Shown here one piece after another: positions 53,036 through 64,000 of a stretch of 64,000 bases of DNA (positions are counted from its first letter, which is position 1; each line of letters begins with the position of its first letter). The translations under genes were made by a program, and so were the position numbers. The stretch is from the NCBI GenBank assembly GCA_012295275.1, contig CM022665.1, forward strand, positions 47,058,001-47,122,000, read 5' to 3'. Under the pieces are notes generated by a model. The model was not told the DNA's origin and did no database searches. It saw only the letters and a program-made list of their open reading frames with translations. The stretch is from Chrysomallon squamiferum. Its lineage: Eukaryota; Animalia; Mollusca.

Positions 53036-53397
53036 CAGACACACTGGCACCTGTACGTAATACGTTCATGCATACACACACAGACACACTGGCACCTGTA
53101 CGTAATACCTTCATGCATACACACACAGACACACTGGCACCTGTACGTAATACGTTCATGCATACACACACAGACACACTGGCACCTGTACGTAATACCT
53201 TCATGCATACACACACAGACAGCTGGCACCTGTATAAAATACGTTCAATGCATTTAACACACAGACACACTGGCACCTGTACGTAAATACCTTCATGCAT
53301 TAACACACAGACACACTGGCACCTGTACGTAATACCTTCATGCATACACACACAGACACACTGGCACCTGTACGTAATACCTTCATGCATACACACA
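53036..53397. repeat. 45-bp minisatellite, ~8 copies, adjoining a CA-rich block (52540-53035)
   Basis: Unit CAGACACACTGGCACCTGTACGTAATAC(G/C)TTCATGCATACACACA; explains the 15-aa periodic ORFs. Confidence 0.92.
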
Positions 53398-53954
53398 CGT
53401 GGGACGTACTTGTTTAGAACGGGCAGAGCCAGCAACTCGCGATCTACATCTGAACTACATGCTTGACGTCGCCATCAACTAGTGTTGTCAAATCCCGTGT
53501 GTAACGACAAACACTTTTAATGCCAGCAACACCACAGCCAGCTGTCACAAACATAAACTTAAAAGTTCAATAGAGTTTAATTTTACTGTGTCATCGGTTT
53601 TGAAAGAGCTGCTGTTGTAAATGTCGAAACACAACAGTTAAAATGCAGTTAAATGTGCTGGCGTTTCAAACCCGTTTCTGCTTTATTTCTGTAGCACAAT
53701 ACTGGGACTATTGTCTCGGTTTTATTTTACACCATATGTAGCTGTTACATAAACTGCTGTATATATTCTAGAGAGTTGAAACAAGTGTTGTTACTCGTTG
53801 TTAATCTGTGCATAGATGATTATATATACATGTGTATTACAGACAGGCTTACAAACAGACATGCATACATGCATGCGTGCATGAATATACAGACATACAG
53901 AAATATATATACATAATATTCATATAGTTTATTGTTTTTATCTCTTCTAAGCAG

Positions 53955-53988
<34 letters not shown>

Positions 53989-54780
53989 TATATATATATA
54001 TACAAACACACACATACATTTACGTGTACCTACATATACATGTACATGTATATTTGTGTGTTGGTGTGTGTGTGTGTACCATGCGATCGGGTACAATTAA
54101 CAAAAAGTTCTTCACGCTGAGCTACAGGTAAAATTGCTCTGCTGTTATTATTCTGACATCAAATCTAATTCTGTTTTTTACTCTGCATTGTTAAATGTGT
54201 GTCATTACGACCAGCCATACATCAACGTCTGCACTAATTTCAGTTTGTTTTCAATCACTGACTTTGTCATCAAAACTGCGTAGGTCAGACTTGCCCAGTT
54301 GATGGGAATCGAGTTTCAGAGAAAATAGATTAACTCAGGTGATTTTTGATTGTTTTTTTTTTTTTGCCTTTTTCGTGCATTATGTGTTTTTTTTTCGTTT
54401 ATATATTAAATTTTATTTTGTTTTATGTTATGTATTTTTTTGTTTTGTTTTTTTTAATTTTTTTATTTTATTTATATTTTTTTTTATTATTTTTTTTATT
54501 TATTTATTTATGTTTTTTATGTTTTTTTTTAATTATAAATACTTTTTTTTTTACATGAGTACATATTAATGTCGATTTGATGACGCCTTGTTTGATTTTT
54601 TCTCCTTTTTTTGATGGTTTTTTTTTCTGTTTTCTTTCAGATTTATCACCAACAAATAGATATTTTAATAGTTATCGTGTTCTTTAACAGAATTAATGTC
54701 TTTCTTAATAATTTTCCTTTCAGATTAGCTCAGATACATAAAGAACTGCCAAATATTTCTTGTTATGATTACTGAATATT

Positions 54781-55039
54781 TCATCTTCTTCTTCATCATC
54801 ATCTTCTTCGTCTTCTTCTTCTTCTTCGTCTTCTTCTTCTTCTTCGTCATCATCATCATCTTCTTTTTCTTCGTCTTCGTCTTCTTCTTCTTCGACTTCT
54901 TCTTCTTCGTCATCATCATCATCTTCTTTTTCTTCTTTTTCTTCTTCTTCTTCGACTTCGTCTTCTTCGTCATCATCATCATCTTCTTTTTCTTCGTCTT
55001 CGTCTTCTTCGTCTTCTTCTTCTTCTTCTTCTTTTTCTT

Positions 55040-55070
<31 letters not shown>

Positions 55071-55128
55071 TTATTATTATCATTATTATCATTATTATTA
55101 TTTATTATCATTATTATCATTATTATTT
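54781..55128. repeat. (TTC/TCG/TCA)n then (ATT)n compound triplet tract just upstream of the C11orf96-like exon
   Basis: Directly visible. Confidence 0.95.
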
Positions 55129-55233
55129 TCAGATTAATCTTCGAGGATCGTAATCGCTGGCTACCACGAACTGTCTCGACTCTTCTCGTTTCGTTTCGTC
55201 TCGTCTCGGCGACCAATGCTCTGAACGAAAACG

Positions 55234-55923
55234 ATGTCTGCCCAGCCAACCAAAGTGCACGACCCCCTGTTCCACTTCGAGACGCACTTCCCGGACCGCC
55301 TGTCCAGACTGCACATCCACCAGGACTTCTCCCACTCCGTGCGCCGCAGCAACAAGAAGGTGAAGCGGTCGGGGGCGAGGTACAAGACGCAGCCGGTGAC
55401 GTTCGACGAGATCCAGGAGGTGGACGAGGAGCCCGCCAGCGAAGACAAACGCGACGACGGCCTGAAAGGGAAGCTGCAGGCGTTTTCCAGGTCCATGGAC
55501 GGCCTGCTGCCCAAGGCCTCCCCAGTGCACACGAGACACTACTCCCCGACCCTGCAGAAGAAGTTCGACCACCCCCCGATCATTCTCGAGAAGTGCGAGC
55601 AAGAGGTGGGAAAGGTGAAGGACGACGCGAAGTCGCCGTCCCCGGCCCCGGACAAGAGGCTGAACGAGAACGAGGCCGGCGCGTCGACGCCCGCCGCCGC
55701 CGAAGCGAGGCTGCAGGACGAGAAGACGCCGGTTTCGGGGACTGTGGATCAGTCGAGCGACTCGTTGAAAAAACAGGACACTTTGTTAGCGTCGCCGTGT
55801 ACAACGGCGGATGAATCCCCGAAACCCAATTTACCTTCCCCGAACATGGCTCCGCGGCGGCAGAAGATAACAGCAAAAGCAAAGAAGAGGCAAAAGGCGA
55901 GTGACGATTCCAAGGAGACATAA
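55234..55923 (+). CDS. C11orf96: C11orf96-like (DUF4695-motif) protein, 229 aa, whole CDS in one exon
   Basis: 690-nt ORF with strong C/G third-position bias in an AT-rich background. Acceptor ttttcag at 55131-55132 and an in-frame TGA at 55222 lie upstream. RYKTQPVTFDEIQEVDEE compares with human C11orf96 RFKTQPVTFDEIQEVEEE (recalled, no search run). Flanks DFSHSVR and FSRSMDGL resemble EFPQPVR and FLQSLECL. Confidence 0.85.
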   Translation: MSAQPTKVHDPLFHFETHFPDRLSRLHIHQDFSHSVRRSNKKVKRSGARYKTQPVTFDEIQEVDEEPASEDKRDDGLKGKLQAFSRSMDGLLPKASPVHTRHYSPTLQKKFDHPPIILEKCEQEVGKVKDDAKSPSPAPDKRLNENEAGASTPAAAEARLQDEKTPVSGTVDQSSDSLKKQDTLLASPCTTADESPKPNLPSPNMAPRRQKITAKAKKRQKASDDSKET

Positions 55924-57552
55924 CTGGAAATATTTTTTGAAAAACTTTTTTTTTGTTGTTTTTCTTAATGTGAGGACGCGCAGGCTGTACATAACTTCAA
56001 TGCAAATGATAACCAAATAAATAAATCTTGTATTCAGAGCTGGATTTCGACAGGGCGATGGTTTGTCTCGGTGTTTGGGAAGCTGTTGTGGACGCTGTTG
56101 TGGAAGTACTGTTTATATGTCACTGGTGTCATCGCGAACAAAGTGCTGGCCACACAACGACGACTGTTCTGGTTCGCTTTATGTCAAAATCCGGCCTGCT
56201 TGATGCTGGAGTTAAAAAATGTTTGCTGAATCGTCATGTCTCTCTCGCTTGTATTTTTCTTTTTATAAACGGATACCTTTTTTTTTTTTTTGATATTTAA
56301 TTATAGATCTACTTTGTTTGTGTTATGTTCCACATGAAGGAATACCCCACCCCAACCCCGAGAAAATTACCTGTTGATGATGTTGACTATCATCGTTTTG
56401 TGTTCTGCTACGTGGCTGCTGACGTCGAGCTATCTTCACCAACCATACGCTGCTGCGGGGATTGTGCAATGTGATGACGCCTCGTGTTTTCTTGTCATAC
56501 AATAAAACCAGATATCTTACGTCATGTGTTTATATATAACAAACTGTATTCTTTGGCATGCTGGTTTAAAACACACACACATACAAAAAAAAAAGAGAAG
56601 AAAACAACTACAAAAGGATTCCTTTTTCTTCTGAGTTCAGTGCGTTCGTTTAAAAGTCTTTCTTTAAGTCACGAAACGAAATCATCAGGTTTTCAGATGT
56701 TTTTCTAATGTAATTTAATGGAATTGATGTTAGGATGTTACACGCAAAAACGTTAATCGCATTTAGATTGTCTGTAACTGGTTCGTCTGCTTCAGTTGGA
56801 AGTTTGTTATACAGTGTAGACAGTGTTTGTTTGTTTTGTTTTTAGATTTTTTTTGTTTTGTTTTTGCAAGACAAGATTCCCATGACTGGAACAAATCCTT
56901 GCGGTGAACGAAAGCAAGAATCTTCTTGAAACTGGATCCAATAATTTAACAGCAAACCATCAAAATTTGTTCTTTTTTGTTTTTTTTATAATGCTTCTTT
57001 TTGTTCTTGCTTTGGATATTTATTTATTTATTTATTGTAGGTTCTGAAGGTTATTATTTGTCTTTTTCTTTCACTGACGATTTTTTTTTCTTTCTTCTTT
57101 TCTTTTCTTTTATCTTCTTTCTTTCATTTTTCATTTTTTTTTTTTCTGAACAGATAAATTATAATTTTGCAAATATATATTTTTTTCTTTTCTTTTCTTC
57201 AATCAAAGACAACATCAAAGATTACGTTTCAAAACTTTAAACCCAGTAAACTTATTTATTACATTTAGAATGACGTGAGTTTACGACTACATCTCAGACT
57301 TCGTGGTTTGTTCTGTTCACACAAACATGTGACAGGCAAATAGAAATACGTTTACCACACAGAAATAAAGTGTAAAATAAAGTTGTAGACGTTAGCAATT
57401 TCTACATAAAAATAAATATATCGATAAAATGGAAATAACAGACTCAGATCTGGAGGTACATACATTGTTTACTAGAAAGTTTTAAAATTAAGTTTAAATA
57501 GCATTCGCTACAATGATGATGGTAATAATGATGCTTATGATGGTAATGACGG

Positions 57553-57606
<54 letters not shown>

Positions 57607-60600
57607 ATTTTGAAATAATATTTTATGACAATGATGATTTAAGAAAATGAAAGAAAATTAAAATATAAATCGATATCGTAGCTAATTTAACAGAAATGTT
57701 TTCTTTAACGAGAAACGATCAATTCAGTGAAGAGATGTAATTTTTATCTTCAAAAAATCTCTTTATCAGCAATAATCTGCTAAAATGAAATTATTGTTTC
57801 ACGTTACGGTTCAATTACTGCGCGGTTTTAATGGTTATGCTTTATCTTTTCGTTTTTTTTTCGCTTTTCGAAATATCTGATGTTTGAGTTCTGAACGGCT
57901 TGTTGTGGTAAAACTATTTAACCTTTTGTTAGATCCAAATCATTGTGTATGGTAATCGTTAATTATTATTTAAAATAGCAAAATAATCTTTATTTGTTAT
58001 GCGGTAATTAGTTGTTTTTACATTCTTTTTTTTTCTTTCCTTTTTCTTTATTTTTATTTTATTTTTTTTTTTTTTTGAAAATTAAATATATATCGAATTA
58101 GAAAACAATTTTAAAATATTATAATGTAGGGCATTTTACAAATAATTAATCTCCACAACTATTCTCTTATAATTTATTTATTTTTTAAATGTCGAAACTG
58201 TTTACAATAGTGGAACCACTGAAATGTTTGACTCCATCCGTCCAGCAGTACACGACATTTAGCACGAACGGTTTTCTTCTCCGTCTAAACTGAATGAATT
58301 TCTCTTTCCAATGAGTGTTGTCCGTTTTAAGATAAAATAAACTTTGAAAATAGAAATAATATTAATAGTAATAATGATGATGAAGACGAAGATGAACAGA
58401 AACATTGTGAAATTAGTTAACCAGAGTTACGTGAGACTTGTAACAATAAAAGGAAACCAAAGTCGCTGATAGCGATCTTTGTTAAACAGCACTACGATTG
58501 CGGCTGTTTTTTTTTTTTTTTTTAAATTTTAACTGTTTTCAATTTTTTCTTCTGCGATACACTTTTCTTCACAGCTGGCTTACTAAAGCATAATTCAAAA
58601 CATACAAAGCTGCCTGCTGTGAGAAATTGTATAAATGTCTTAGCACAGTCTCTGAAACGTTAGTACACGTATACTGGTTACAGTGGCGGGTTCAACCACT
58701 TTGTATGAGGGGTGTCTCAATCAGCAGATTTTCATACACACCTCAAAAAAAGAAATTTAAAAAAAAAAGATATACGACATTACGTAGAATCAGAATATTG
58801 CATGACGTCATAAGTCGTCATTTATTTTGTGACGTCAGCAAGCGGGATGTTGTATTTAATAACACCATATATTTAATAAAAGAATAATAGAAGTGTTCAA
58901 TACAGAAAATAAAGTACTCGATTTTGTTGTTGAAAGATTTTATAAACAAGTTTACAAATATCGAATATCTCTTGTATATTATAACCGTACATGTCGTCAT
59001 TAGGCCTGTGTTATCAAGTTTACGTATACCGCGTATATTATATATACCGTATTATCCAGTTAGATAAGATATGTATTTATCAAACAATAAATATTTATTT
59101 ATTTATTTATATATATAATCTGTATAGAATATTCATTAATGGATGTTCTAAGTTAAAAATAAGTGAAAACGCGAATAATGGAAGAAAAGTGTGATACTGT
59201 TTTAAAAAACATCCATAGTAGATGTTTGAATATGAGTCCAGAACATGCGTGCTTTGTTTATCAGCGTATGCAATACAGTTCAAGCGAATGGTTGATTGAT
59301 TGTCCATGAAATATATGTCTGAGTTTCAAATAAACCTTTTCAGATTTGTTTATATGATTTACGATCAGGCCTAGAGCTTATCCTGTAAGAAAAGCAAACA
59401 GTCACCGAAGTCCGGAACTTCGAGAAAATGCGACTTAAAATGGATGACACGGGATTTTAATTCCTGTTTCATCTGGACCGAAATCGAAGTGCTTTGAGAA
59501 CGTTGTACAGACTCTGTCTGATGATGATTGCGATGTTGTTATTGTTATAAGCAGTTTTATGTAAGGGATATTAGTTTCTGAAGATTATTTTAACGATACG
59601 GAGGAGAAGAAAAGAAGAGGTTGTACGTGTTGTAAAACTGTGGAGTTAATGGTAGTCGGATGTACATTTCTGTAGAATATTGTTAAAGTTTTGTTGATTC
59701 CTGTTTTTTTTTTTTTTTTTTGTTTTTATAATGTATGTATTTAGAACGAATTTTGTTAACAAGTACAGAAATAGCAGTTTCTTATAAATTAGAAAGACGT
59801 CAAAGGTTGTTCCAGAAACTGACACACACACACACACACACGCAAACATACGCACTTTCATTCAGTAAAGTCATCGTATCTGGTTTATATGTAATTAAAC
59901 TTTCTTGCCTTTCTTCATATACAGTGATGTGCACTCACCAATCAGAATAACAGTTCTTCTTGTGTACATTTCAGTAGCATCCCGCCCCCTCTCTAGAACC
60001 ACACCCACAATAAAATAAAAAAAATCACTCGACCCCTGCCATTGAGCTATCGAAACCTTTTCTGGAACGACTCGTAAAAAAAAAAAAAAAAAAAAAATGT
60101 TATTTTATTTCATATTAAATGTTAATTTTCCTCGTTAGATTTTTAATGCATTTACTTGTTACTTACTGCTATGTTACCGAGTTTTAAGTGCCAGATGTAC
60201 ATATTTTGTTTTCGTTTTGTTCGTCTGTTCCGTTTGAAAATGAAATACATGTATGTTTTACAAAGCTCAGAGATTATTGCTTTGTTCATTTTAAAATTTA
60301 TTTTATTTTATTATTATTATTTTTATTTTTTTTTTAATTATTTAAACCAGCGCTTTTTTTTTAAATTATTGTATAGTCTGGAGGAAAAGAGTTTGAATTA
60401 ATTGAAAGAAACGGAAAAGAGAGATACGTATCATGGCGGATTGTTAAGTTTGTAACGTTATGAAAACGAGGCTTGAGAATTGATTGGTCTTTGTAAACAG
60501 TGTAGCTGAAAACGGTCTGTAAAAGGTATTATTATATCAGTTAATTCTGTTGGTTATTAATACACACAAACATCGTTTAAAACCACGTTAACCTAGCGCT

Positions 60601-61402
60601 GAAGCTGACTAAAGTGTTTATTTGTTCAATTATTATTATTATTGCTGTTATTTTTATTGTTATCACTACTGTTGTTATTACTACTATTACTTATTACTTA
60701 TTACTGTTTCTATTTATTTACTTTTATATTTAATAAATTTGTGGCAACAGGCAAATAATAATCAACCGCAAAATTAGAACTTGTAAACCGGAAGTTGCAC
60801 TGAGATGAAAACAGTTATTTGTAAACGAATGGTTGTAATGTTTTTTTTTTTTTTTTTTGGCTAGAGGCCATTTATTGTAACAGACAAAATAGATATTAAC
60901 TGAAATAGGAAAAAGTTTTGTAGATAGTAAAGCAATAGGAAAACGTTTTACAGACCAGCAATTGTGATGGAAAGGAAAAATTAAATTTCTAGACCAACAA
61001 AACAACAGACCATGAAAAAAAAAAATAAAAAAAAAAATTAAATAAATAAATATGTAAATAAATAAATAGTAAACAAAAAAAAAAAAAATAATAAGAAAAA
61101 AAAACCCTATAGTTAAACCAGAAATGTAACAGGGAAAAAATAAAAATATATATTTTTTTAAATATCTGTAACTGTAATAGAAAAAGCGTTATACCTTCTT
61201 TTTTTTTGGTAATCAGCAGCAGTAATCATTATTTAAAAAAAAAAAAAAATTTAATAATAATAATAAAAAAATGAATTGCGTAAACATGTGTTACTGAGAA
61301 TCTTGCTGGCAGACTTAGTTTTATTTTTTTGACTGAAGTTAGAGACAGAAGAGAATGCAGTTCGCCTGTGTATGTTTTGTACAGTGGTTTTGTTAATACT
61401 TC

Positions 61403-61408
61403 AATAAA
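61403..61408 (+). terminator. Candidate distal poly(A) signal of the C11orf96-like gene (proximal AATAAA at 56016-56025)
   Basis: AATAAA followed ~35 nt later by a long GT/T-rich element (tttgtcgtcgtctttgactttgttctctcgttttcgtct). Confidence 0.35.
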
Positions 61409-62672
61409 GGCATGAGGTTTGTTAAAAACACGTGCTCAAAATTTGTCGTCGTCTTTGACTTTGTTCTCTCGTTTTCGTCTCTAGGAGATCGCAGAATCAA
61501 ACAGCCGTTTACGTAATTTCACGTTCTAGCCATTTTCCTGCAATTATTATAAAAATAAAGCAAAATAACATAATAAATAACACTATGACTAAAAAATAAT
61601 AACCCGTATTTATCTTATGTAACTTACATAATTATAATAAAAGCCTTTATCATATTTAATTTATTTTATTTTAATTTTTACTTCTAAAACATATTTTTAG
61701 TTACTGCTATAATAACAACAACAACAACAACAACAACACCATTATGCGGCTTCTGTCGTTGATAAATAACGGTAAACAAAAATAAATAAATAATTAATAA
61801 AACTGTAAAACCTGTCGTTTCCAATCTGGCATCTTTCTTCTTCTTCTTCTTTGATTTCCTTCTTCCTCTTTACTTTATTTTTCACACACACACACATTTC
61901 CTCCACAGGTACATCTTCTATTAATCCCGGCTGCCTCGTTCTGTTGTTGTAAACTCTAACAAGAAAGTCAAATCATTCTTCCAAATCATGTTCAGATGTT
62001 TATTTTTATTTTGTTCAGACCAATTAACGAGCAGTTCGGTCAATTTACGTTTTGTTTTCGAGAAGCGCGCCTAATTCCCCCAGCTGAATATCGACAAAAA
62101 GGGGGAAAAAATCCTATTTTCATCGACAGCAAAAATGGCTGCTACCGCGTGCGTGCGTGCAAAGGAAAATCAGCCGCACGGACTGATCTGCTCGATAATA
62201 ACGAATGTGTCGGCATCAGTTAATGGTTACGAGGTTTACCTTGAAATCCAGTTTGCTTGTTCTGCACTCGGTGAAGCTGGAAACGATTGGTGACTGCGGA
62301 ACTGGTGGCGGAATACGCATGAATCGTGCGATGTGATTCTTGAGATCTCGTTTTTTCTCGTCTCTTCGTTAATGGCGATTCAGCTACGGCGTAACTTCTG
62401 TAATGATCTCAGAATATTTTGGAATCAACAGAGTCGATATTCCAGATAAATAATTTGGACATTCAATTAAGACCAATAATTTAAAATCGTTATTTTAATG
62501 GGGGAAAAAAAAAAAAAAATTATTTTTATTTTTATTGAAGTATTTTTTACTTCTACTACTACTATTACAAGCATTACTACTACTGCTATTACTATGACTG
62601 TTAGTGCTGTTACTATTACGTCTGTTACTAGTACATTAACTATTTTCAGTCATAGTATCCTCCCCAACGACA

Positions 62673-62703
<31 letters not shown>

Positions 62704-63345
62704 AATAAATAGTACAAAATTAAATAAAATAACTAATACTGGATATTTCATTAATTCAAAGCGGCTTTCTGTGTAATTAGTTTAACGATAAACATTACTG
62801 ATTAACACAAAGACAGAACGAGGGTGTCTGAACTGAGAATAATCTGCACGATGCGCCTAGGTTACAAAAAACAACAACAAGTCTCTGACTTTCACGAAAA
62901 CAAAACTTACTTCACCTTTTTTTTTTTCATGAAGAGATCGTGTTTTCTAGGCTTTCAAAACACGAAAGGAGAGATTTCACTTTTTTATCAACAGTCTCTG
63001 GTAGACAGGTTTTATGTGCTGCTACGAAATCTGACATTTGAATGAATAAATAATACAAATTCTAGATTTACCGGTGTCGACGTAATTTGATGACTCCGTG
63101 GATTTATTCATCGTGTAAAAAAAATAACACAAAAACCCAAACACTTGGTGGTATAAAGGTGAATAAATGTTACCGTCTTGTACGAGTTTTATAGGTCGAT
63201 AGATATACAGAGTGAATGAGTCTGTAGGTGTGTGTGTGTGTGTGTGAGAGAGAAAGAGAGAGAGAGACTGAAATGTAGTACGGATAGATAGAGTGAAACT
63301 GAGAAATAGAGAGGGTTAGACTGAGATATAGATATTGAGCTATAG

Positions 63346-63409
<64 letters not shown>

Positions 63410-64000
63410 TGAATGGTGATATAAATAGATATACAGAGACTAGAATGTAGTACGGAGAGATACAGTGAAACTTAAAAAGGATAGCCTGAGATATAGAATG
63501 GTGATATAAATAGATATACAGATAGTGAGCTATGGAATATATAGAGAGAGTACATACGATTTTTAATTATCAACATGACAGAATTAATTACATCCGAGTG
63601 CAGAAAAGCTAATACATCACAGCAGTGACAGGCTCGTCACGTTGATGAATTTTTTATTCGTAGAATTTGTCATCTTGTTGCGTTCGAGTTTCTTTATAGC
63701 CGTCTGCAAGTTTGTTATTTCTGCCAATCCCCTCGAATCAGTTGAGAACCGAGATAAATCTTTGCATATCGCATGCACTGTAATCGGTTTTGCATGCAAT
63801 AAGCTAATAATATTTATTTATTTTTATTTTTATTTTTTTTAAATTCCGTATCAAATTTGTATTTTTTTTTTCTGGATGCAAAAAAAAAAAAAAAAAAAAA
63901 AAAATTCGCCAGACAGAACACAGGCCTTATACTTTTAAGGCAACTTTTTTTTTTAAGCAACCAGATTTTTGTAACGAAAAGCTGATTCATTCATTTAACC

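Noticed and set aside
53036-53397. Regular repeat array resembling CRISPR
   Set aside because: Head-to-tail units with no unique spacers, no cas genes and a eukaryotic context. The same applies to 46212-46498 and 39050-39425.
52451-53435. His/Thr- and Cys/Val-rich ORFs that look metal-binding
   Set aside because: Translations of (CA)n/(TG)n microsatellites and the 45-bp minisatellite.
54765-55814. 349-aa ORF overlapping the C11orf96-like CDS, plus antisense ORFs 54725-55249, 55129-55602, 55161-55532 and 55580-55921
   Set aside because: The N-terminal part is translated (TTC)n/(ATT)n repeat; the rest are shadow frames of a GC-rich exon. Only 55234-55923 has a recognisable motif and codon bias.

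Overview
AT-rich, microsatellite-dense eukaryotic genomic DNA with spliceosomal introns; the repeat types suggest a mollusc, possibly a gastropod (inference). Two protein-coding genes are supported, both on +. (1) An FBXO3 orthologue (F-box + SMI1/KNR4 + ApaG) rebuilt by hand from 11 coding exons (10676-20430). All introns are GT-AG and phase-compatible, giving a 1254-nt CDS and a 417-aa protein. (2) A 229-aa protein encoded in one GC-rich exon (55234-55923) carrying RYKTQPVTFDEIQEVDEE, the C11orf96/DUF4695 signature. This motif also resembles the MYPT1 Thr696 inhibitory-phosphorylation motif. The ~34 kb between the genes is non-coding and CpG-retaining. It holds candidate alternative first exons, a minisatellite made of CRE sites, a Tigger-like MITE, SINE relics and many satellites. 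Nearly all other ORFs in the track are microsatellite artefacts. No CRISPR array, rRNA or intact tRNA was seen. The best candidate for new biology is the invertebrate C11orf96-like gene and its CRE-rich regulatory domain; this is a hypothesis only.
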